Positions 50,301-64,000 of a stretch of 64,000 nucleotides of DNA are shown one piece after another (position 1 is the stretch's first letter; each line of letters opens with the position of its first letter). The notes below the pieces were generated by a model that made no database searches, was not told where the DNA came from, and was given only the letters and a program-made list of their open reading frames with translations. The translations under genes and the position numbers were made by a program. Source of the stretch: Felis catus (taxonomy: Eukaryota); contig NC_058372.1 of NCBI RefSeq assembly GCF_018350175.1, positions 41,354,001 through 41,418,000 of the forward strand. Direction: 5' to 3'.

Positions 50301-51560
50301 NNNNNNNNNNNNNNNGCCTCCGGGGCCGGGGCGCGGGCCGCGGCCGAGGTTGGCGGGGCCGAGGGCGGCGTCGCGGCTGGGGTCGGGGCCTGGGCTTGGG
50401 TCGCGGACGGAGCGGGGGCAGAGGCGGTGGCAGAGGTGCGGGCGGCTGCGGCGGCTGCGGCGGGGGCGGGGGCGGCGGCTGCGGCTGCGGCGGCGGCGAA
50501 GGCGAAGAGCTTCGGGGCCCGCGGAGGTTGCGGAGGCTCTGAGGTCGCCGGCTGGGCTGAGACCGCGCGGCGCTGGGGTCGGGGCGGACCGTGCCGTCCG
50601 TGTCTGGGAGAAGGGCCGGAGCGCGCGGTCCGGGGCCAGGAGGGCGCTGCTTCGCGCTTGTCCTCGTTCCTCGCGGTCGCTGCGGCGGCTTAGGGGCCTC
50701 GGTTCAGGTCATGCGGGACCCGCTTCGGCTCGGAGGCCGCATCTGCTCTCTCCCTTCCTGCAGCCCGGCTCCCCTACCGCCCCGCTGGGAGAGCCCGAAG
50801 CGGGCGGGCGGGCAGCGGGCAGCCGGCGGCGGGCGGCAGCACCGGCTGGGGCTGCGGCTCCTGCGCCTGAGCGGGCGGTGGGTTCCCATGGCAACGGTCG
50901 CGTCACCGCCGCTCGCCCCGCCCCCTGCCCGGCCTAGGCCACGCGGCCCCGGGTTTGCGCACACCGGGAGCTCTGGAGCGGTGGGGCCGCTCTTCCCCTG
51001 GGCGTGGGCCCGAACACCGCTCGGAAAGTAGGTAGTAGAGTTGAGGCCTGGGAGGAGCAGGGGGTGTGGCAGGGAGAAGGCAGTCACGTCACGTGGAGGT
51101 GGCATTTGGGACTGTTACCAGCTGCTTCTGCCCATTCCGCCGTCGTTCCTTCTCCCTAAGGGACAGACCCTCGGTGTCTTCGCCTGCATCTTGTGCACGC
51201 CCTCCCATCCAGTTTGGAGGCCCCCACGACCCCGTAATCCGGGCCTCGCCCGCCCTCCTTGACGAGCGGCGCCGCGCACGCTGAGGAGGGGCGGGGCGGC
51301 AGGTGAGCACTTCCCCTCGCCCCTCGCCAAGATGGCTGCCCCGCAGCGGAGGCCTCGGGGGGCCACGGGCAGAGGTGGTCGTAGCTGCCAGGCACACGGG
51401 CACCCTGAAGGGTCCCTGGGCCAGGTGAGCCTCAAGTAGGTGCAGGGTGCTGGTGCCACCCCTTCCCCAGATGCTGACGTCAGTGACCGAGCCTCTCAGT
51501 ACCTGTGACATTGGGGTAGCCCAATTAAAGGGCGTGCTAGATTCGGCGACCCAGAGTGCT
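49960..51560. promoter_or_regulatory. LRRC73: LRRC73 CpG island/promoter
   Basis: Dense CpG; RFX X-box GTTCCCATGGCAAC 50882-50895; overlapping half-CRE/E-box 51083-51096; YY1-like motif 51328-51340; full CRE TGACGTCA 51475-51482. Confidence 0.85.
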
Positions 51561-52479
51561 GACAACTGTTAAGTGGGCTGGAACTTTCAGGAAGAGTACA
51601 CTGCAGAGGGTGCACAGTGCTGTTCTGTTCGCACTCTGTCCACATAAGGGCATGTCACCTGAGTTACCTGAGGCCCCATGTTACCTGATCCACACCATCA
51701 CCAAGTGGACAAAGTGCCCCCAACGTGGGGCCACATAGGGCAAATGAAGGGCACATCTTTCTTGCCTTTTACTAGGAGGGAAAGATGCTGACCCAGATTA
51801 ACTCGGGTAAAGATTAAAAAAAAAAAAAAAAAAAGAACATAAGCATAGTGAAGGGAGGTTGACAATTCTATTTCATTAACCACCTGATTTAACTCGTTAA
51901 GTAGAGCCGATTAAATGGATGGTGGGGTGGATGGTGCTATGCTTGGGGTGCTGGTTGTTTTTAGGAACGAATAGCACTCCTGAAAAGGACGGAAGAAACC
52001 GATGGCTTTGTTCCTCTGGCCCCAGTAAAACCAGCACAAAGCCAAGTTTGGCTTCAAATGTGAGCTCCCACAGGAAAATTATCCCTAGGCAATGGGCCAG
52101 GTACATAAGAACCTTGTAATTACATGGGGTTGAATTGAAGTTTTTGACCAATTGTCACTGCTCCATTGGTGTCCCGAGTGAGGCTGAGCCCACTCAAGCT
52201 GGGTGCACTCCTCCATCAGACTTAATGGTTCCTGTGTCTGAGGCCTCCCTGCTGCTCCATGGGTCAGGTGTCCCCTGCCCTCAGGGGCAGGTTCCAGGTT
52301 CAGTCACTGCTTTCAATGTAGTCTGGGCTGTCCCACCATCATCCTGCCTGGATGAGGGTATAAAAGAGAGAACACGTGCCATTACCACCAGTGACAGAAA
52401 AACAGCAAAGCGTATAGGAAGTAGGGTGGCAGGGAGGACCACTGGAATGGCAGCTGCAGTTCCAAACTTCAATCAATAT

Positions 52480-52485
52480 TTTAAT
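52480..52485 (-). terminator. YIPF3: YIPF3 polyadenylation signal ATTAAA (a second proximal copy lies at 52733-52738)
   Basis: TTTAAT on the plus strand, about 310 nt past the stop. Confidence 0.6.
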
Positions 52486-52794
52486 TACCAAGTCTATATT
52501 TAGCAAGACACCGTGGGAGAGTTAAAGAGGAAGGAAGGAGTAGGTGGAGAGAGGGCCTCAGAGGAGCTGACCCACTTTCTGCACTGGCTGCAGAGCCCTG
52601 CAGTCCTGGCCAGGGGTTCCTGGCCTTGTGCCCTTCAGAAGCCCCAAGAGGCATCAGGGAGTTGCTTAAGTGGCTACAGCTCTGAGGCAGCTGCAGACCC
52701 CATCAAAAAGACACATGTCATCAATACTGTTCTTTAATCTTCCTCTGCTCCGAAGATGGGGGGAGAGGGGGCCGGCCAAGGGTTTCAGGTGGGG

Positions 52795-60699
<7,905 letters not shown>

Positions 60700-60898
60700 G
60701 GTTTGCATGGGACTTACCGGCATGGCTGTGCTTGGATACTCAAGTATCCTAGCTGAAGATTTTGGGTCCTGACTTGCTGGTCACAGGACTGCTAGAGTCC
60801 AGTGTTTTCTGGGACAATCCCAGCCTTATTTTGAGTCAATACATTTTGTTAAATGTGCCACAAAATGTGACTTCCTGCCTTTGTAAGGCCTTAATGTA

Positions 60899-60920
60899 AA
60901 TAAACTCACATCCAAATAAA
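60899..60920 (+). terminator. POLR1C: POLR1C tandem AATAAA signals (60899-60904 and 60915-60920)
   Basis: Two canonical hexamers about 200 nt after the stop. Confidence 0.8.
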
Positions 60921-61076
60921 AAATCTTTTTGCCAGAGACTACTTCCGGAGTTTTAGCCCCAATATATGGGGCCTCACCTTAGAAGAGGTTTGGCATTATT
61001 TGGCACTTAGGAACACAGGGTTCGGGTGTTACTGCAGGTCAGGGCCAAGTCCTCTGAAGCCTCATCAGAGATACCA

Positions 61077-61706
61077 GGGGTGTCTGGGAGGCTCAGTTGA
61101 ATGTCTGATTCTTGGTTTTGGTTCAGGTCCTCATGCCAGGGTTGTGGGATCAGGCCCCGCGTTTAGCTCTGTGCTGAGGGTGGAGCCAGCTTAAGATTCT
61201 CTCCCCTCCTCTGCCCTTCTCACCTGCTCACACGCTCAGGTAAAACAAAACAAAAAAACCTACCAAATTGAGGTGGTCTTTGGGGGCTCAGGCAGACCAC
61301 AGAAAATTGTCTGCGCCACTTAATCCGTTTCCTAGATTACTACAAGTTTCTGAGGAAAAGGGGTGGTCCGTACCCATCAAGTCACATGGCTATCAGGTGT
61401 CACACAAGGAGGGATGGGTACCTAGCTGCCTCAGTTGGTAGAGCATGCCACTCTCCTTCTCAGGATTGTAAGTTCATGCCCCATGTTGGGTGTAGAGGCT
61501 ACTTAAAATCTTTTAGGGGTGCCTGGGTGGTTCAGTTGGTTAAGCATCTGACTTCCACTCAGGTCGTGATCTCACAGTTTGTGAGTTCAAGCCCCGCATC
61601 AGGCTCTGTGATGACAGCTCAGAGCCTGGAGCTGCTTTGGATTCTGTGTCTCCCTCCCTCTCAGAAATAAATAATAGAACATTAAAAAAAAAAAAAAAAT
61701 CTTTTA
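61077..61706 (+). mobile_element. Cluster of three CanSINEs (61077-61258; short form 61411-61515; 61516-61700 inserted in the short form's tail)
   Basis: Three tRNA-derived heads; the third is flanked by TSD aaaatctttta (61505-61515 and 61696-61706). Confidence 0.85.
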
Positions 61707-61996
61707 AAAAAAGTGACACAAGGAACAGCAGCACTTCCATTTGGACAGTCCTTCAGAGTCCAGTCTAGTGGCCACAGAAAACACTGGGAGAGCGGTATGG
61801 GCTGCTTGGTCTGGGTCTGTCAGGAATAGATGTCTTTTTCTGGCTGGCATGCTGTTTGAGAAAGCTTGACAGCAGGCTCATGGTCACAGTTCTTCCTGTC
61901 CAGTCCCTTTAGCAGGATGCTCCAGAACAATGACCCTAGAGTATGTCACTGGTTTGAAAAAGGCAGATGGGGACCTTTCTGTATGAAACTGAGATT

Positions 61997-62002
61997 TTTA
62001 CT
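61997..62002 (-). terminator. XPO5: Probable XPO5 variant poly(A) signal AGTAAA
   Basis: TTTACT on the plus strand at the end of an AT-rich patch about 1.5 kb past the inferred stop; no minus-strand AATAAA seen nearby. Confidence 0.45.
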
Positions 62003-63543
62003 GACATGCAGATGTGCTTTAGAGTTAATGTTTCTACAAAAAGGTTCTATAAACAATAGAAAACTTCTAGCATGAAGTCACAGGATGTTAAAAATACTAC
62101 AGCACAATAAATACAACTGTGCCCTCCACAGCCCCAACCATAGAGAGGAGTAGGCAGCCATCAAGTTTGGAGGGAAACATGCTTTGAGATGGCCTTCATA
62201 GTCAACAGGAAGCAGCCCAAAGCACCACCCGGAAAGAGGGCATGGGGCAAACCTGTGCCATAGAAACAGCTACATAGAACTTCCAAGTCCCATTTTCCCA
62301 GGTTGGCCTCTTTCCGACCCTGCCCAGGGACCACCAGCTCACAGGTGGAGCTTGAGCCCAGGCTGTTCTGCACAGTCCTTACCAAAACTGTCATCAGTGG
62401 ACTGGATTGAGGACAGGTCTCTGTACAGAATGCAGACATCTCTATATGGTTTCTGTATAAATGAAGCCTGTATATGGCCAGTAGTGACCTCAAGGCTAGG
62501 GTCTTGCATTCACATCCCCTCTGCTTACAGGGCCATCTAGTGACCTTGAGAACAGAGTGGAGCCTCACAATACAGGTTGTGACAGGAAGGCATATTTTTT
62601 CTTCTGGAAATGGTCCATGAGAGAAGTGACCAGGGACCCAAAAGACCAGGAGATTTTTGAAGGCACCTGGACTCAACTAGTCCTAGGAGAGAAGACCAGT
62701 GGCTTTGCCAGCTGCTTGTCACAGACATAGCCTAGCTGGTGTGCATTATCCTCAGATGCCAATGGCATCACGTGACACTAGATAGGGTACTGTGGCTCTT
62801 ATGCCTGAGTGGACCCTGGGGCTGGGGAACCCACACTGAGGGACTGTGTGTGGAATATGTATGAGCTCTATAAGGGGATGCCAGAAAGTACTCCAGAGAG
62901 TGGCCCAGCGCTGGTCCCTGATGGTACCACACTTGACACTGCCTAGCAGTAGTCTGTACCATGGATCCCATCAGGTGACCAGATTCTTGCTCAAAACAGA
63001 AAGGAAACTGGCCAGATTCAGTTCAGCACTCAGCACCTGACCCAGACATGCCCCTGAGGGATGGGGAAGGTTTTCCAACAGCCCAGCAGCAAAGGGACTC
63101 AGTGGGGCTTGCAGTGGCCCAGGCGAAACTCTGGCATAAGCAATGCGGGACCGAGCCCTTGTGCAAGCCCCGCTAGTCTCAGTGTTGGGTGTAGCACTCC
63201 TAGTGACCCCTCTACACAGGTGTATGGCTACATGGGGATGGGAGGGCTTGGGGAGTAGGGCCAGTCTGCTCTAGCTTTTCTTTCTTAGAAAAGGTGAAAC
63301 TCCAAGTAGAATGATGGGAGATCTAGACAGAATGGTGTGAGCGCAAACTCCCTTTCTTGATACCTTAGGTATCATTACTTGTGCCTTGCACAGAGCCCAC
63401 TCTCTCCAGCTCCAGACCTGGATTTCTCTCCAGGCTGACAATGGTGGAAAGTGAAGTGGCGGTGGAGAGGGGCCTAGAGATTAGCTATGAAGGGGAAGAA
63501 GAGATGACAATAAAGGCCAAGGAAGAATNNNNNNNNNNNNNNN

Positions 63544-64000
63544 NNNNNNNNNNNNNNNNNNNNNNNNNNNNNNNNNNNNNNNNNNNNNNNNNNNNNNNNN
63601 NNNNNNNNNNNNNNNNNNNNNNNNNNNNNNNNNNNNNNNNNNNNNNNNNNNNNNNNNNNNGAACTGTTCTCCTAAGGGTTTCTGTGGAAAACAAAGGAGA
63701 AGAATTGATGCTGGGCCCCGAGTAGTGGGTTGTTTCAAAGATTATGACTACAGCTGGTGTCCGGTCTGCCTGTACACATGGTCTAAGAAGTCCACTAGGG
63801 TAGGTCAAGCTGGTTGGGAGCACCAGGGAAGGCGCATGACCTACCCCGATGCAGCCAGCAATGAGGCGTTTGAATTGGTCCTTCCGGCGCTTGTCCGCCA
63901 CTTTCTGCAGAGAGGGGTTCAACAGCTTGCAGTCAAACTGGTCCAGAGAGTCCTTCTGTATGTCAGGGATCTGCTCCATCACAGCTCTTATCTCCAGGTA
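63544..64000 (-). CDS. XPO5: Exportin-5, last two coding exons (5'-partial; stop hidden in an N run)
   Basis: Exon >64000-63845 encodes YLEIRAVMEQIPDIQKDSLDQFDCKLLNPSLQKVADKRRKDQFKRLIAGCIG. The last exon starts at 63681 with KPLGEQF. Stop at about 63544 is inferred from the recalled human length. Confidence 0.93.

Noticed and set aside
47699-50315. LRRC73 as a pseudogene
   Set aside because: All visible coding segments are in frame with intact splice sites; the missing parts are N-masked, not disrupted.
49924-50937. 337-aa and 234-aa plus-strand ORFs
   Set aside because: They are open only because they cross an N run and the GC-rich antisense strand of LRRC73 exon 1.

Overview
Mammalian genomic DNA. 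The tRNA-derived CanSINEs, including young SINEC_Fc-type copies, point to a feliform carnivore, most likely a felid. The window is the conserved block syntenic to human 6p21.1. In order it holds the ABCC10 3' end (+), DLK2 (-, complete, 383 aa), a repeat-rich intergenic stretch (L2, L1M, MLT1 LTRs, MIR, CanSINEs) and TJAP1 (+, long non-coding 5' region, 558 aa). It continues with LRRC73 (-, partly hidden by N runs), YIPF3 (-, about 347 aa) head-to-head with POLR1C (+, 346 aa) across a bidirectional promoter of about 290 bp, and the XPO5 3' end (-). Exon boundaries were read by hand from GT-AG junctions and checked for phase. Comparisons with human proteins are from memory and need confirming by alignment. 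I found no CRISPR array, rRNA or true tRNA gene, and nothing I can support as a wholly new system. The best leads are hypotheses: (1) a perfect TISU element driving a 3-codon uORF at the TJAP1 5' end; (2) a predicted RNA stem enclosing the putative branch point of the TJAP1 30-nt cassette exon; (3) a plus-strand phase-0 candidate first exon in the LRRC73 CpG island that resembles the POLR1C start and could splice across YIPF3; (4) N runs with fixed sizes that preserve length and fall mostly on coding exons.
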